NCBI GenBank assembly: GCA_036679085.1
Contig: JAZIGM010000057.1
Span: forward strand, 146,635-210,634
Direction: 5' to 3'
Length of the DNA: 64,000 nt
Source of the DNA: Chloroflexota bacterium
Lineage (GTDB): Bacteria; Chloroflexota; Anaerolineae; Aggregatilineales; UBA3940
Numbering within the stretch: the stretch's first letter is position 1; every line of letters begins with the position of its first letter. Position numbers and translations under genes: made by a program. Below the pieces are notes generated by a model. The model did no database searches, was not told where the DNA came from, and saw nothing but the letters and a program-made list of their open reading frames with translations. Of the stretch, positions 48,720-59,188 are shown in pieces.

Positions 48720-49631
48720 TCAAAACAACCTCGGCTGCACGGGCTCTTCTTCCACCGGCGGGCGGATCTCCACATCGGACAGCCGCGCGGCGAGGTCGTC
48801 CCAATCAATGCCGCCGGCGAGGACAGGCTCCGCGCCCTGCTCCAGCAACGCCTCGTTGCCCGCCGCAAGCCCGGATACGGCAAAGACCGCACGGCCCTGC
48901 TTCCACGCCCAGCGCGCGGTGTTGGCGCTGCCGCTGTCCGCCTGAGACTCCACGACAATCACCGCGCGGCACAGCCCGCTCGTGATGCGGTTCCGCGCGA
49001 TCAGCGTCTGCCGGCTGACGCCCGCCCCCGGCGGCTGCTCGGACAGGACCACCCCGCTTGCGGCAATCTGCGCGGCGAGCGCCACCCCGCGGCGCGGGTA
49101 CACGTTCTGCACGCCGGAGCCGAGCACGGCGAGCGTCCGCCCGCCCACCTCAAGTGCGCCCCGGTGCGCGGCCATATCGATGCCCAGCGCCAGCCCGCTC
49201 ACAATCACCCAGCCGCGCCGGGCCAGTTCCGCGGCCATCTGCCGGGCGAGCGCCTCGCTGCGGCGGTTGGGCTGGCGGGTGCCGACGATGGCTACAGCCC
49301 GGTCGTCTTCCGGGCGCAGATCGCCCCGGTAGAACAGCACCGGCGGGGCGTCGGGCGTGCGCAGCAGCACACGCGGATAGGCAGCATCCTCCCACGTGAC
49401 GCACCGGATACCGGCAGCCTCCCAGCCCGCAAGCTGCACCTCGACAGCCGGCAGGTCCACACAGGCGATAGCCTCAGCGGTCTGCGGGCCGACGCCGGGC
49501 ACGGCCTGCAGCGCGGCGGGCGTCGCGGCGAGCACTTCCTCAAGGCTGCCAAAACGCTGGAGCAGCCGGGTGATGGTCCGCCCACCGACGCCGGCAGCTG
49601 TTGCCAGTGCGACCCAGTACAGGCGGCTCAT
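48720..49631 (-). CDS. dprA: DNA-processing protein DprA
   Basis: 303 aa; VAIVGTRQPN, SGLALGIDMAAHRGAL, VIVVESQADSGSANTA. Confidence 0.9.
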   Translation of the reverse strand: MSRLYWVALATAAGVGGRTITRLLQRFGSLEEVLAATPAALQAVPGVGPQTAEAIACVDLPAVEVQLAGWEAAGIRCVTWEDAAYPRVLLRTPDAPPVLFYRGDLRPEDDRAVAIVGTRQPNRRSEALARQMAAELARRGWVIVSGLALGIDMAAHRGALEVGGRTLAVLGSGVQNVYPRRGVALAAQIAASGVVLSEQPPGAGVSRQTLIARNRITSGLCRAVIVVESQADSGSANTARWAWKQGRAVFAVSGLAAGNEALLEQGAEPVLAGGIDWDDLAARLSDVEIRPPVEEEPVQPRLF

Positions 49632-50104
49632 GCGCTTTGGCTCTGCTCGTTGTCAAACGTCATGACGAGGTAGATGACCGGCTCCGGACCGTCGCCGAGG
49701 TCGAGCATGACCTGCCGCCGGTCCTTAAAGCCGATGGAGCGGTAGAGGTTCAGCGCAACGGGGTTGGACACCGCCGCCCCGATCTCCACTTCGGGCAGAC
49801 CGGCCTCGCGTGCGATCTCGACAAGCCGCTCGACGAGCGCCCGCCCGATGCCGTTGCCGCGCAGCGCCTCACACACGATCACGTCGCTGATCTCACCGCC
49901 GTTCAACCAGCGCGCCACCTGCCCGTAGGCCACCGCCGCGCCATCCACCACCGCGACGACGCCCCAGGCGACCTCACGCTGCTGGCGTAGCAGCATATCC
50001 GCGACGCGCATCCGCACCGACCGCTCTGACCGCTCCGGCCAGCAGTTCCGCTGCAGATCGGCGGCATCGCCCTCCTGCACGAGACGCAGTTCAAAGTCCA
50101 TCAT
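49628..50104 (-). CDS. GNAT family N-acetyltransferase
   Basis: 158 aa; CEALRGNGIGRALVERLVEIAREAG, NPVALNLYRSIGF; 4-nt overlap with dprA. Confidence 0.85.
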   Translation of the reverse strand: MMDFELRLVQEGDAADLQRNCWPERSERSVRMRVADMLLRQQREVAWGVVAVVDGAAVAYGQVARWLNGGEISDVIVCEALRGNGIGRALVERLVEIAREAGLPEVEIGAAVSNPVALNLYRSIGFKDRRQVMLDLGDGPEPVIYLVMTFDNEQSQSA

Positions 50105-50114
50105 CAGCCAGCCA

Positions 50115-51191
50115 TTACAGGATCAACATCGCATCGCCGAACGAATAGAACCGGTAGCCCGCCTGCTGCGCCTCCTGGTAAGCCCGGAGTATCGTCTCGC
50201 GCCCGGCGAAGGCGCTCACCAGCATCAGCAGCGTGGAGCGCGGCAGGTGGAAGTTCGTAATCATAACATCAACCGCCATGAAGCGATAACCGGGCCGGAT
50301 GAACAGGTCGGTCGCCTCGTCGATGGCGATCACCGGGCGCCAGGGACAGCGGTCGCCGTCCGCCTCGTACGGATCGCCGGTGATGCCCGCGCTGCGCAAC
50401 GCCGCCGTCTCCAGCGTGCGCACCGAGGTCGTGCCCACAGCGATGATGCGCCCGCCGGCGAGCTTCGCCTCGTTGATGATGCGGGCGTCGTCGGCGGAGA
50501 GCACAGCGCGCTCGGTGTGCATACGGTGCTCGCGAGGGTCCTCGACGGTGACGGGCTGGAAGGTGTCCAGCCCGATGTGCAACGTACAGTAGGCCATCTT
50601 CACGCCCGCACGGCGGAGCTCAGCGAGCAGTTCCGGCGTGAAGTGCAGGCCGGCAGTCGGGGCCGCCGCGGAGCCCTCGATGCGGGCATAGACAGTCTGG
50701 TAGCGCTCGGCGTCGGCCAGCGGTTCGTGGATGTACGGGGGCAGGGGTATCTCGCCGATGACGCCAAGCAGCGGCCCCAGCGGCTGGTCAAACTGCACGA
50801 CACGCTCCGAACGCTCGCCCTCTTCGATGACGACGCCCTCGACGGTTGTGCCATTCTGCCCCTCGAACGTGAGGCGTGTCCCCTGACGCACGCCTCGCCC
50901 GCCGACGATACCGCGCCAGGTGCGGTCCTCGACGCGGCTCAGCAGCAGCAGTTCGACCTTGCCGCCAGTGTCGGTTTTGTGGCCGTGCAGCCGCGCCGGG
51001 ATGACCCGCGTCTGGTTGAAAACCAGCACATCGCCCGGCCTCAGGTATTCCCCGATATCGTAGAAGTGACGGTGCTCGATGTCGCCGGTATCGCGGTGCA
51101 GCACCAGCAAGCGCGAGGCGTCACGCGGCTCGATGGGTGTCTGGGCTATCTGCTCTTCGGGCAGATAGTAGTCAAAATCACTGGTTTTCAT
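50115..51191 (-). CDS. queA: tRNA preQ1(34) S-adenosylmethionine ribosyltransferase-isomerase
   Basis: 358 aa; MKTSDFDYYLPEEQIAQTPIEPRDASRLLVL, VGTTSVRTLE, RFYSFGDAMLI. Confidence 0.95.
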   Translation of the reverse strand: MKTSDFDYYLPEEQIAQTPIEPRDASRLLVLHRDTGDIEHRHFYDIGEYLRPGDVLVFNQTRVIPARLHGHKTDTGGKVELLLLSRVEDRTWRGIVGGRGVRQGTRLTFEGQNGTTVEGVVIEEGERSERVVQFDQPLGPLLGVIGEIPLPPYIHEPLADAERYQTVYARIEGSAAAPTAGLHFTPELLAELRRAGVKMAYCTLHIGLDTFQPVTVEDPREHRMHTERAVLSADDARIINEAKLAGGRIIAVGTTSVRTLETAALRSAGITGDPYEADGDRCPWRPVIAIDEATDLFIRPGYRFMAVDVMITNFHLPRSTLLMLVSAFAGRETILRAYQEAQQAGYRFYSFGDAMLIL

Positions 51192-51292
51192 GAAGGTCTC
51201 TGAACCGTTCTCGTCAACAACGACTCTCTAATATCAATAGATTCTCTATAGAGTGGATCAGTGTGTATTAATAGTAGTGGCTTTAGTAGGGC

Positions 51293-51652
51293 CTGTTCAA
51301 ACTGTTCAAAAGTGCGCTGGCAGGCCTGTTTGCCCCTATATATAGGCTTCTTTGCCACGAGCCGCCTATATATGGGGGGAGTCTATCAACATTGACGGCT
51401 CGCCGCCCGTCGAAACTTCTGATGATAACTTGTTGATAGTCTGCGCCGGTTTTAAACACTGTCGATAACCCGTCGATTCGGCCCAAAACTTTCGACAGCG
51501 GACAACGCCCGTGTTGAAAGATTCCAGCGAGTTCTTGACACGCTTTCAACAACGGCTGCGCATGGTTCCACAACAGATTGCACAGCCCTTTCGACACCAT
51601 TACGGGCGGTTTTCGACAGTGTTTGAACAATTCCGGGCGGGGTTTTGAACAA
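51293..51652. repeat. two-armed array of at least 12 copies of 9-mer TTT[CG][GA]ACA in a lower-GC non-coding region
   Basis: Minus-strand copies at 51293, 51302, 51407, 51459, 51470, 51511. Plus-strand copies at 51490, 51544, 51589, 51611, 51622, 51644. CCTATATATAGG palindrome at 51335-51346. Confidence 0.8.
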
Positions 51653-51743
51653 CGGCGGCCCCGGCGCAGGTCGCCGGAATCACGCAGGGGCGAGTTGCCC
51701 CGCCCCTGCCGGTAAGTCGATGCGGTTTGCGTCGCGGTGACGC

Positions 51744-54473
51744 TCAGGCCTGCTCCATCTCTGCGCGGAGCATGTCGCGCAGCACCGCGTGCAGGATGCC
51801 GCCGTTGCGGTAGTACTTCACCTCGACGGGTGAGTCGATACGGGCGATGGTGGTAAATACCTTCTCCTCATTCGTGCCGGGCACGCGAGCGCGCACCGTG
51901 ATCTCCTGCCGGGGCCGGATGTCGCGGCTGATGCCCTCCACGTCGTAGACCTCATAGCCGGTCAGCCCCAGTGTCTGGGCGTTCTCGCCCGGCTTGAACT
52001 GGAGCGGCAGCACGCCCATGCCGACCAGGTTGCTGCGGTGGATGCGCTCGTAGCTCTCGGCGATGACGGCCTTCACACCCAGCAGGAGCACGCCCTTGGC
52101 CGCCCAGTCACGCGAGCTGCCTGTGCCGTACTCCTTGCCGGCGATGACCAGGAGCGGCGTGCCCTCGTTCTTGTAGAGCATGGCCGCCTCGTAGATGCTC
52201 ATCTCCTGCCCGTCCTCCCGGCGGGCCGCGCCCTGCGGCAGGTAGACGGTCACACCGCCCTCGGTGCCGGGCACAAGCTGGTTGCGCAGGCGGATGTTGG
52301 CAAACGTCCCGCGCATCATGACCTCATGGTTGCCGCGCCGCGAACCGTACGAGTTGAAGTCGCGCCGCTCGACGCCGTGCTCAACGAGGTACTGCCCCGC
52401 CGGGCTGGTCAGCGGGATCGACCCGGCAGGCGAGATGTGGTCAGTCGTGACGGAGTCGCCAAGCAGCGCCAGCACCCGCGCGCCCCGGATGTCGCCGATC
52501 TCCGGTTCCTCCGGCGTGAGGTCCTTGAAGAACGGCGGCTCCTGAATGTACGTCGAGTTCGGGTCCCAGGTGTACAGTTCGCCCTTCGGCACGGCGATCT
52601 GGTTCCACATCTCGTTGCCGGTAAAGACGTTCGCGTACTCCTCCTCGAACATCTCCGGCTTGAGCGCGTTGTGGATGGTCTCGCGGATCTCCTCCTGAGA
52701 CGGCCAGATGTCGCGCAGGTACACGGGCTGGCCCGACGGCGTCGTACCGATTGGCTCGGTCTCAAAGTCGATGTCCACCGTGCCCGCCAGCGCATAGGCG
52801 ATGACGAGCGGCGGCGAGGCCAGGTAGTTGATCTTCGTCAGCGGGTGGATGCGCCCCTCAAAGTTGCGGTTGCCGCTCAGGACCGCGGCCACAACCAGGT
52901 CCTGCTCCTGCACCGCCTGGGCGACATCCTCCTGGAGCGGGCCGCTGTTGCCGATGCAGGTCGTGCAGCCGTAGCCAACAACGTGATAGCGCAGCGCCTC
53001 CAGGTAGGGCATCAGCCCGGCTTCGGTGAGGTAGCGGGTCACGACCTTCGAGCCGGGGGCGAGGCTGGTCTTGACGTGCGGCGGCACGCTCAGCCCCAGT
53101 TCGACGGCCTTTTTCGCCAGAAGCCCCGCGCCGACCATCACCGCCGGGTTGGAGGTGTTGGTGCAGCTTGTGATGGCCGCAATGACAACCGTACCGTCCG
53201 TCACAGCGCTCTTGCTGCCATTGGTGGCGGCTGCCTGCTCCCCGCGATGGCCGTTCTCCTTCAGTTCGCTCAGCACCTTGCGGAAGGCCTGCTGGCTGCG
53301 GGCCAGCGGGATGCGATCCTGCGGGCGCCGGGGGCCGGCGATGCTCGGCTCCACATCGCCGAGGTCCAACTCCAGCGTGGCGGAGTAGACCGGGTCGGGC
53401 GAGTCGTCGGTGCGGAACATCCCCTGCGCCTTGGTGTACCGCTCGACGAGGTCAACAAGCGCCTCGCTGCGACCCGTGCTGCGCAGGTAGTTGAGTGTCT
53501 CATCGTCGACCGGGAACAGGCCGATGGTCGCGCCGTACTCCGGCGACATGTTGGCAATCGTCGCGCGGTCGGCGAGGCTGAGCGTGCTGACGCCCGGCCC
53601 GAAGTACTCCACAAACTTGCCGACCACGCCGCGCTCGCGTAGCATCTGCGTGACGGTCAGCACGAGGTCGGTGGCGGTTGCGCCCTCGCGCAGCTCGCCC
53701 GTCATGCGGAAGCCGATCACCTCCGGCATGAGCATGTAGATCGGCTGCCCGAGCATGACCGCCTCGGCTTCGATGCCGCCCACACCCCAGCCGACGACGC
53801 CCAGCCCGTTGATCATCGTGGTATGCGAGTCGGTGCCGACCAGCGTGTCGGGGAAGGCGATGGTTTCGCCGTTGACCGTGCTCGTCTGCACGACCTTTGC
53901 GATGTACTCCAGGTTGACCTGGTGCACGATGCCGGTGGCGGGGGGCACAACCCGGAAGTTAGCGAAGGCGTCCTGCCCCCAGCGCAGGAACTCGTACCGC
54001 TCGCGGTTGCGCTCGAACTCGCGCTCGGCGTTGTACATCAGCGCAAAGGCCGAGCCAAACTGGTCCACCTGCACCGAGTGATCGATCACGAGGTCAACGG
54101 GCACGACCGGGTTAATGCGGGTAGGGTCGCCGCCCAGCCGCGCCATCGCCGAGCGCAGCGCGGCAAGGTCGACCACGCTGGGCACACCGGTGAAGTCCTG
54201 CAGGATCACACGGGCGGGCTTGTACGGGATCTCCTGCTCGCCGGGGCGGGCCCAGGTGGCAAGGTTCACGACGTCGTCGCGGGTGATCTCGAAATTGTCA
54301 AGCTGCCGGAGCGCGGCCTCCAGCATAATTTTCATCGAGTAAGGCAGGCGAGATACGTTGCCGATCCCCTCTTCCTCCAGCCGGGTGATGCGGTAGATGG
54401 TTACCGGCCCGTTGGGGGTTTCCAGCGTCTCGCGTGCGCCGAAGGGGTCTATGGGCTGGTCTTGGTTGCTCAT
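51744..54473 (-). CDS. acnA: aconitate hydratase AcnA
   Basis: 909 aa; full-length aconitase A pattern ([34 protein letters not shown]). Confidence 0.96.
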   Translation of the reverse strand: MSNQDQPIDPFGARETLETPNGPVTIYRITRLEEEGIGNVSRLPYSMKIMLEAALRQLDNFEITRDDVVNLATWARPGEQEIPYKPARVILQDFTGVPSVVDLAALRSAMARLGGDPTRINPVVPVDLVIDHSVQVDQFGSAFALMYNAEREFERNRERYEFLRWGQDAFANFRVVPPATGIVHQVNLEYIAKVVQTSTVNGETIAFPDTLVGTDSHTTMINGLGVVGWGVGGIEAEAVMLGQPIYMLMPEVIGFRMTGELREGATATDLVLTVTQMLRERGVVGKFVEYFGPGVSTLSLADRATIANMSPEYGATIGLFPVDDETLNYLRSTGRSEALVDLVERYTKAQGMFRTDDSPDPVYSATLELDLGDVEPSIAGPRRPQDRIPLARSQQAFRKVLSELKENGHRGEQAAATNGSKSAVTDGTVVIAAITSCTNTSNPAVMVGAGLLAKKAVELGLSVPPHVKTSLAPGSKVVTRYLTEAGLMPYLEALRYHVVGYGCTTCIGNSGPLQEDVAQAVQEQDLVVAAVLSGNRNFEGRIHPLTKINYLASPPLVIAYALAGTVDIDFETEPIGTTPSGQPVYLRDIWPSQEEIRETIHNALKPEMFEEEYANVFTGNEMWNQIAVPKGELYTWDPNSTYIQEPPFFKDLTPEEPEIGDIRGARVLALLGDSVTTDHISPAGSIPLTSPAGQYLVEHGVERRDFNSYGSRRGNHEVMMRGTFANIRLRNQLVPGTEGGVTVYLPQGAARREDGQEMSIYEAAMLYKNEGTPLLVIAGKEYGTGSSRDWAAKGVLLLGVKAVIAESYERIHRSNLVGMGVLPLQFKPGENAQTLGLTGYEVYDVEGISRDIRPRQEITVRARVPGTNEEKVFTTIARIDSPVEVKYYRNGGILHAVLRDMLRAEMEQA

Positions 54474-54793
54474 CTCTCCTCGCTATCCGTTCTGTGAGCA
54501 CTCATTCGCTCGAACAACTGTTTTAGGGTTAAACTATCAGATGCAGCTACACCGATGGCGTGACAATCTGCAGTGAGTTTTGAGGTTAAGGGGCCACAAT
54601 GATGGTCAGCGTGCCCGGGCTGCCCAAGGTTCTCTTAAAGTATAGCGAATTGGTCCAGATTCTTGTAGTTGAGAGGTGGTGGGGCTGGGGAACCCCTCCG
54701 AACGGCCCAAAGGGTCGTCCACCTCTTCTAAAAGGGGGCGTGGAGAACGGCGTTGTCCTTTGTCGTGTCACCTGATCGCCCCCTAACAGCCCC

Positions 54794-55138
54794 GCCGGGG
54801 AATGGAATTCCCCGGCTAAAAGGGATAGCGGAGCTATCCCGCGAAGTGCCCTGACGGGCACTCCCGTCCCCTCCGGGGACGGCGCCCCCATAGGGGGTGG
54901 GAGTCCGTCGCAGACGGACTTGGCGGCGGCGCCAGCCGCCTGCCCGGCAATTTATTGCCGGGCGTCCTCGCCGGGGAATGAAGTTCCCCGGCTAAAAGGG
55001 ATAGCGGAGCTATCCCGCGAAGTGCCCTGACGGGCACTCCCGTCCCCTCCGGGGACGGCGCCCCCAAGGGGGCGGGAGTCCGTCGCAGACGGACTTGGCG
55101 GCGGCGCCAGCCGCCTGCCCGGCAATTCATTGCCGGGC
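54794..55138. repeat. tandem duplication (about 97% identity) of a 176-bp unit made of eight different hairpins
   Basis: Unit 1 is 54794-54969; unit 2 is 54970-55138. They differ by only 4 substitutions and 1 indel by my alignment. Confidence 0.9.
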
Positions 55139-55179
55139 AGCAGGGGCAGAATTGATTACGACTCACCTGGAGCAACGCC

Positions 55180-57483
55180 GTGGACTGGCAGCTTCCCTCA
55201 ACAGACATCCGCATCGATGACGCGCTGCGCGAGGCGGTGGGCGGGCATCCGCTCGTCGCGGAGATCCTCGCGCGGCGCGGCCTGACGGACCCGGCCCGCG
55301 CGCTCGCCTTCCTCGACCCGGCCCGCTACCGGCCCGCCTCACCCGACGACCTGCCCGACCTCTGCGCGGCGGCGGAGCGCCTTCTGCACGCCGTGCGCAA
55401 CCGCGAGCAGGTGCTCGTCTGGGGCGACTTCGATGTGGACGGCCAGACGGCGACCGCGCTGCTCGTCGATGCGCTGCGCCGCCTCGGCGCGAACGTGCGC
55501 TACCATATCCCCCGCCGGCTGGAGCACGGGCACGGCGTACAGATCGACGTGCTGCGCGAGCACCTCTCACGCGGGGTGGATGTGCTGCTGACCTGCGACA
55601 CGGGTATCGCTGCGCATGAAGCGGTCGGTGCCGCCCGCGCTGCCGGCGTGGATGTGCTCGTCACCGACCACCACGCGCTGCCTCCCACCCTGCCCGACGC
55701 TCATGCCGTTGTTAACCCGCAGCGCCTGCCTGAGGGGCACCCGTTGCGCGACCTGCCCGGCGTTGGCGTGGCCTACAAGCTGGTCGAGAAGCTGTACGAC
55801 CTCGCAGGCCGCGCCGGGGAGGAGCAGGACCTGCTCGACCTTGTCGCGCTCGGCATCGTCGCGGATGTTGCCACGCTGCGCGGCGATACCCGCTATCTGC
55901 TCCAGCTTGGGCTTGACCGCCTGCGCGACCCCCGGCGAGTCGGCCTGCAGGCGCTGTTCGCGTCCGCGCAGGTCGTGCCGACCCACCTTTCCGCCGACAC
56001 GATCGGCTTCCAAGTCGGGCCGCGCCTCAACGCGCTGGGGCGGCTTGACGACGCCGCGCTGGCCGTCAAACTGCTCACCACCAGCGACCGCGAGACCGCC
56101 CAGCAGATCTCCGCACAGCTTGAAAGGCTCAACGACCTCCGCAAGCAGCTTCAGGACCAGATTGTCGGGGCGGCGCTGGCACAGGTCGAGAAGGACCCGG
56201 CCCTGCTCGACTTCGAGGCGCTGGTACTCGCCGGTGAGAACTGGCACGCGGGCGTGCTCGGCATCGTCGCCGCGCGGCTGGTCGAACTGTACAACCGCCC
56301 GGCGGTCGTGCTGACGTGCCCCCCCGGCGAACCGGCGCGCGGCTCGGCCCGCTCCGTGCCCGGCGTGGACATCGGCGCGGCGATTGCCGCCTGCGCGGAC
56401 CTGCTCGTGAGCCACGGCGGGCACCCCGGCGCGGCAGGCCTCGCCCTCGACCCGGACCTCATTCCGCAGTTCCGGCGGCGGCTGTCGAACGCCATTGCCA
56501 AAACGCGCGACCCATCCGTTCGCCCCGTGCAGCAGGTGGATGCCGTCGTCAGCCTGGCGGATGTGACGGACGCCTTCGCGGCGGAGTTGAACCGGCTTGC
56601 GCCCTTCGGGGAGGGCAACCCGCCGGTGCAGGTGATGGTCCCCCGGCTGGTGGTCAGGACGAGCACGACGTTCGGGTTGGAGCGGCAGCACCGGCGCGTC
56701 ACCGTCGTGGATGAGACGGGCCGCACGGCGGTCGTGACGTGGTGGCGCGGTGCGGACTCGCCGCTGCCGCAGACCCTGTTCGACCTGCTGTTCATCCCCC
56801 GCTTCAGCGATTACAAAGGCAGCCGCACGCTGGAACTGGAGTGGGTAGCGAGCCGCCCGACCCCCGGCGTTGTGATTGAGCCTGGCACGCGCCGTGAGGT
56901 GATCGATCTGCGCCGTGAACCATCCCCGCGCGGCCAGCTCCCGGCGGATGGGTTCGCAGTGTGGGCGGAGGCCGCGCCGCAGGACGCGCTGCCGTTCCCC
57001 ACCGAGCAGCTCGTGGACCGCCACAGCATACAGCCTGTCTCCGACCTCGTGATCTGGTCCACGCCGCCCGGCCCGCTTGAGCTTCAGGAGATGATCGAGG
57101 CCAGCCGCGCGCGGCGGTTCTATCTCGTCGGGGAGCACCGCCCGCCGAGCGATCCGGACGGCTTCGCCCGGCGGCTGGCAGGGCTGGCGAAGTACGCCAT
57201 CGAGCACTACCCGGACGGTGTCGGGCTGCGGCAGATCGCGGCGGCGATGGGCCAGCGTGAGATCACGGTGCGGCGCGGGCTGGAGTGGCTGGCCGCGAAG
57301 GGCATGTTCGGCGTGGAGTGGCTGCCCGACGACCAGGTGCGTATCACGCCCGGCGGCAACCCTGACCCCGAGGCGGCGGCGCGGCTGTGGGATTCCGTCA
57401 CGGCGCTGCTGCGCGAGGCGGCGGCCTTCCAGCAGTACTTCCTGCGCGCGGACCTGTCGGCGTTTTTCGAGGGTGAGGGGTGA
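55180..57483 (+). CDS. recJ: single-stranded-DNA-specific exonuclease RecJ
   Basis: 767 aa; VLVWGDFDVDGQTATALL, LLTCDTGIAAHE, VLVTDHH (DHH motifs), GGHPGAAG. Confidence 0.92.
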   Translation: MDWQLPSTDIRIDDALREAVGGHPLVAEILARRGLTDPARALAFLDPARYRPASPDDLPDLCAAAERLLHAVRNREQVLVWGDFDVDGQTATALLVDALRRLGANVRYHIPRRLEHGHGVQIDVLREHLSRGVDVLLTCDTGIAAHEAVGAARAAGVDVLVTDHHALPPTLPDAHAVVNPQRLPEGHPLRDLPGVGVAYKLVEKLYDLAGRAGEEQDLLDLVALGIVADVATLRGDTRYLLQLGLDRLRDPRRVGLQALFASAQVVPTHLSADTIGFQVGPRLNALGRLDDAALAVKLLTTSDRETAQQISAQLERLNDLRKQLQDQIVGAALAQVEKDPALLDFEALVLAGENWHAGVLGIVAARLVELYNRPAVVLTCPPGEPARGSARSVPGVDIGAAIAACADLLVSHGGHPGAAGLALDPDLIPQFRRRLSNAIAKTRDPSVRPVQQVDAVVSLADVTDAFAAELNRLAPFGEGNPPVQVMVPRLVVRTSTTFGLERQHRRVTVVDETGRTAVVTWWRGADSPLPQTLFDLLFIPRFSDYKGSRTLELEWVASRPTPGVVIEPGTRREVIDLRREPSPRGQLPADGFAVWAEAAPQDALPFPTEQLVDRHSIQPVSDLVIWSTPPGPLELQEMIEASRARRFYLVGEHRPPSDPDGFARRLAGLAKYAIEHYPDGVGLRQIAAAMGQREITVRRGLEWLAAKGMFGVEWLPDDQVRITPGGNPDPEAAARLWDSVTALLREAAAFQQYFLRADLSAFFEGEG

Positions 57484-57489
57484 GAGAGC

Positions 57490-57508
57490 CCACGAATGGC
57501 ACGAATGG
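57490..57508 (-). repeat. module K copy (reverse orientation)
   Basis: ccacgaatggcacgaatgg is the reverse complement of ccattcgtgccattcgtgg. Confidence 0.7.
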
Positions 57509-57606
57509 GATGAGGGGGAGCCAACCCGTTGCCGATTTCGCCCCGTTATGGCATGATGAAGAACAGACCTTACCACCCCATATCTCAACTCAAGGAAGTG
57601 CGAAAT

Positions 57607-58065
57607 ATGATCGATGCGCCCACGACTGTACGGCAACCTTCTGAACGTGATATGGAACTTCAGGAGATCGTGAACGAACGGTTGGAGAGCGATTCGGTCG
57701 TCCGCGAGCTGGACATCCCGCTTGAGACCGAGGTCCTCGACGGCGTGGTGACCGTCACCGGCGTCGCCCGCTCGCGGATGACGCGCGAGCGCATCCTGTA
57801 CCTGGTCGCCAGCACTCCCGGCGTGAAGAAAGTCATCGACAACCTCGTCACCGACCCGGAGATCGAAACCGAGATCGCCCGGCTCGTCGCCGCCGACCCG
57901 TCCATCCGCCCGCGCCTGTTCAAAGTGTCGAGCTACATGGCCCGCGTGACGCTCTACGGCGAGGTCGAGAGCGAGGAAGAGCGTCAGGCCATCCTGACGC
58001 TGGCGCGGTCGGTAGCGGGCGTGCGGGACATCCTTGATTATCTGACCGTCAGCCCCACGACGTAG
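57607..58065 (+). CDS. protein with two BON domains
   Basis: VLDGVVTVTGVARSRMTRERILYLVASTPGVKKVIDNL and ARVTLYGEVESEEERQAILTLARSVAGVRDILDYL; AAGGAAG before ATG 57607. Confidence 0.75.
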   Translation: MIDAPTTVRQPSERDMELQEIVNERLESDSVVRELDIPLETEVLDGVVTVTGVARSRMTRERILYLVASTPGVKKVIDNLVTDPEIETEIARLVAADPSIRPRLFKVSSYMARVTLYGEVESEEERQAILTLARSVAGVRDILDYLTVSPTT

Positions 58066-58093
58066 CCGGGCCTAGCAGGGGAGAACACCACGC

Positions 58094-59185
58094 ATGAACA
58101 TTGGCATTCCGGTTGAGCGCCAGCCCAACGAGTACCGCGTCGGGCTGACGCCGAAAGGCGTCGCGCTGCTTACTCAAGCGGGGCATCGCTGCTATGTGCA
58201 GCGCGGCGCAGGCGTAGGCGCGGGCTTTGAGGACGCCGCCTACGAGCGCGCAGGCGCACGCATCGCCTACGCAGCCGAAGAAGTGTACTCGCGGGCCGCC
58301 CTCGTGTTGAAGGTCGGCCCGCCGACTCTCGAGGAGATGGTCTTTGTGCGTGACGGGCAGACCATCTGCGCCTTCTGGCATCTGCTCGCCCGCCCGCGCG
58401 AGATGACGCACATCCTGCTGGAGCGGCGGGCGACCGCCGTCGCCTACGAGTTGATCCAGGAGGAGAACGGCCACCTGCCTGTGCTGCGCCCGCTCAGCGA
58501 GATTGCCGGGCGGATGGCCCCACAGATCGCCGCGCGCTGGCTGCAGAACGACGGCGGCGGCAGCGGGATCCTGCTCGGCGGACTGGCGGGCGTCCCGCCG
58601 ACCAACGTCGCCATCCTCGGCGCGGGGATCGTCGGGATGAACGCCGCCCGGACGTTCCTGGGGCTCGGGGCGCGGGTGTACGTGCTCGACAAGGACCTCT
58701 CGCGCCTCCAGTTGATTGACGAGCAGTACCGGGGCCAGATCGTCACGATGGTGTCGCACGACTTCAACGTGGCCCGGGTCTGCACGTTCGCCCGGGTGCT
58801 GGTCGGTGCGGTGCTGGAGCCGGGCGCGCGCGCGCCGGTGCTCGTCACGCGGGAGATGGTGCGCTCGATGCGCCCCCGCAGCGTCATCCTCGATATTTCC
58901 ATCGACCAGGGCGGCTGTGTCGAGACGAGCCGTCCGACGACGCACGACGACCCGGTCTACGTGGAAGAGAACGTTATCCACTACTGCGTCCCGAACATGC
59001 CGGGGGTGGTGGCTCGCACTGCGACCCACGCGTATCTCAACGCTGCCTGGCCCTACATCCAGCAGATTGCGAACACCGGCATCCGCGAGGCCATCGAGGC
59101 GAACCCCGCCCTGATGCGCGGGGTGGTTGTACACGATGGCCGGGTGACGAACAAGAAGCTTGCGCTGCTGCTAGAGGAGGCCTGA
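58094..59185 (+). CDS. ald: alanine dehydrogenase
   Basis: 363 aa; MNIGIPVERQPNEYRVGLTP, VAILGAGIVGMNAA, VILDISIDQGGC. Confidence 0.93.
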   Translation: MNIGIPVERQPNEYRVGLTPKGVALLTQAGHRCYVQRGAGVGAGFEDAAYERAGARIAYAAEEVYSRAALVLKVGPPTLEEMVFVRDGQTICAFWHLLARPREMTHILLERRATAVAYELIQEENGHLPVLRPLSEIAGRMAPQIAARWLQNDGGGSGILLGGLAGVPPTNVAILGAGIVGMNAARTFLGLGARVYVLDKDLSRLQLIDEQYRGQIVTMVSHDFNVARVCTFARVLVGAVLEPGARAPVLVTREMVRSMRPRSVILDISIDQGGCVETSRPTTHDDPVYVEENVIHYCVPNMPGVVARTATHAYLNAAWPYIQQIANTGIREAIEANPALMRGVVVHDGRVTNKKLALLLEEA

Positions 59186-59188
59186 CGC

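Noticed and set aside
51283-51652. 115-aa and 66-aa minus-strand ORFs inside the low-GC 9-mer array
   Set aside because: Composition is unlike the genome's coding regions. The apparent peptide repeats come from the DNA 9-mers, and there is no ribosome-binding site.
54794-55138. Possible CRISPR array
   Set aside because: The periodicity is a 176-bp duplicated unit with no unique spacers between identical short repeats. The hairpins differ from one another and there are no cas genes.
55567-57636. 689-aa minus-strand ORF opposite recJ
   Set aside because: Antisense shadow ORF with Arg-rich nonsense composition.
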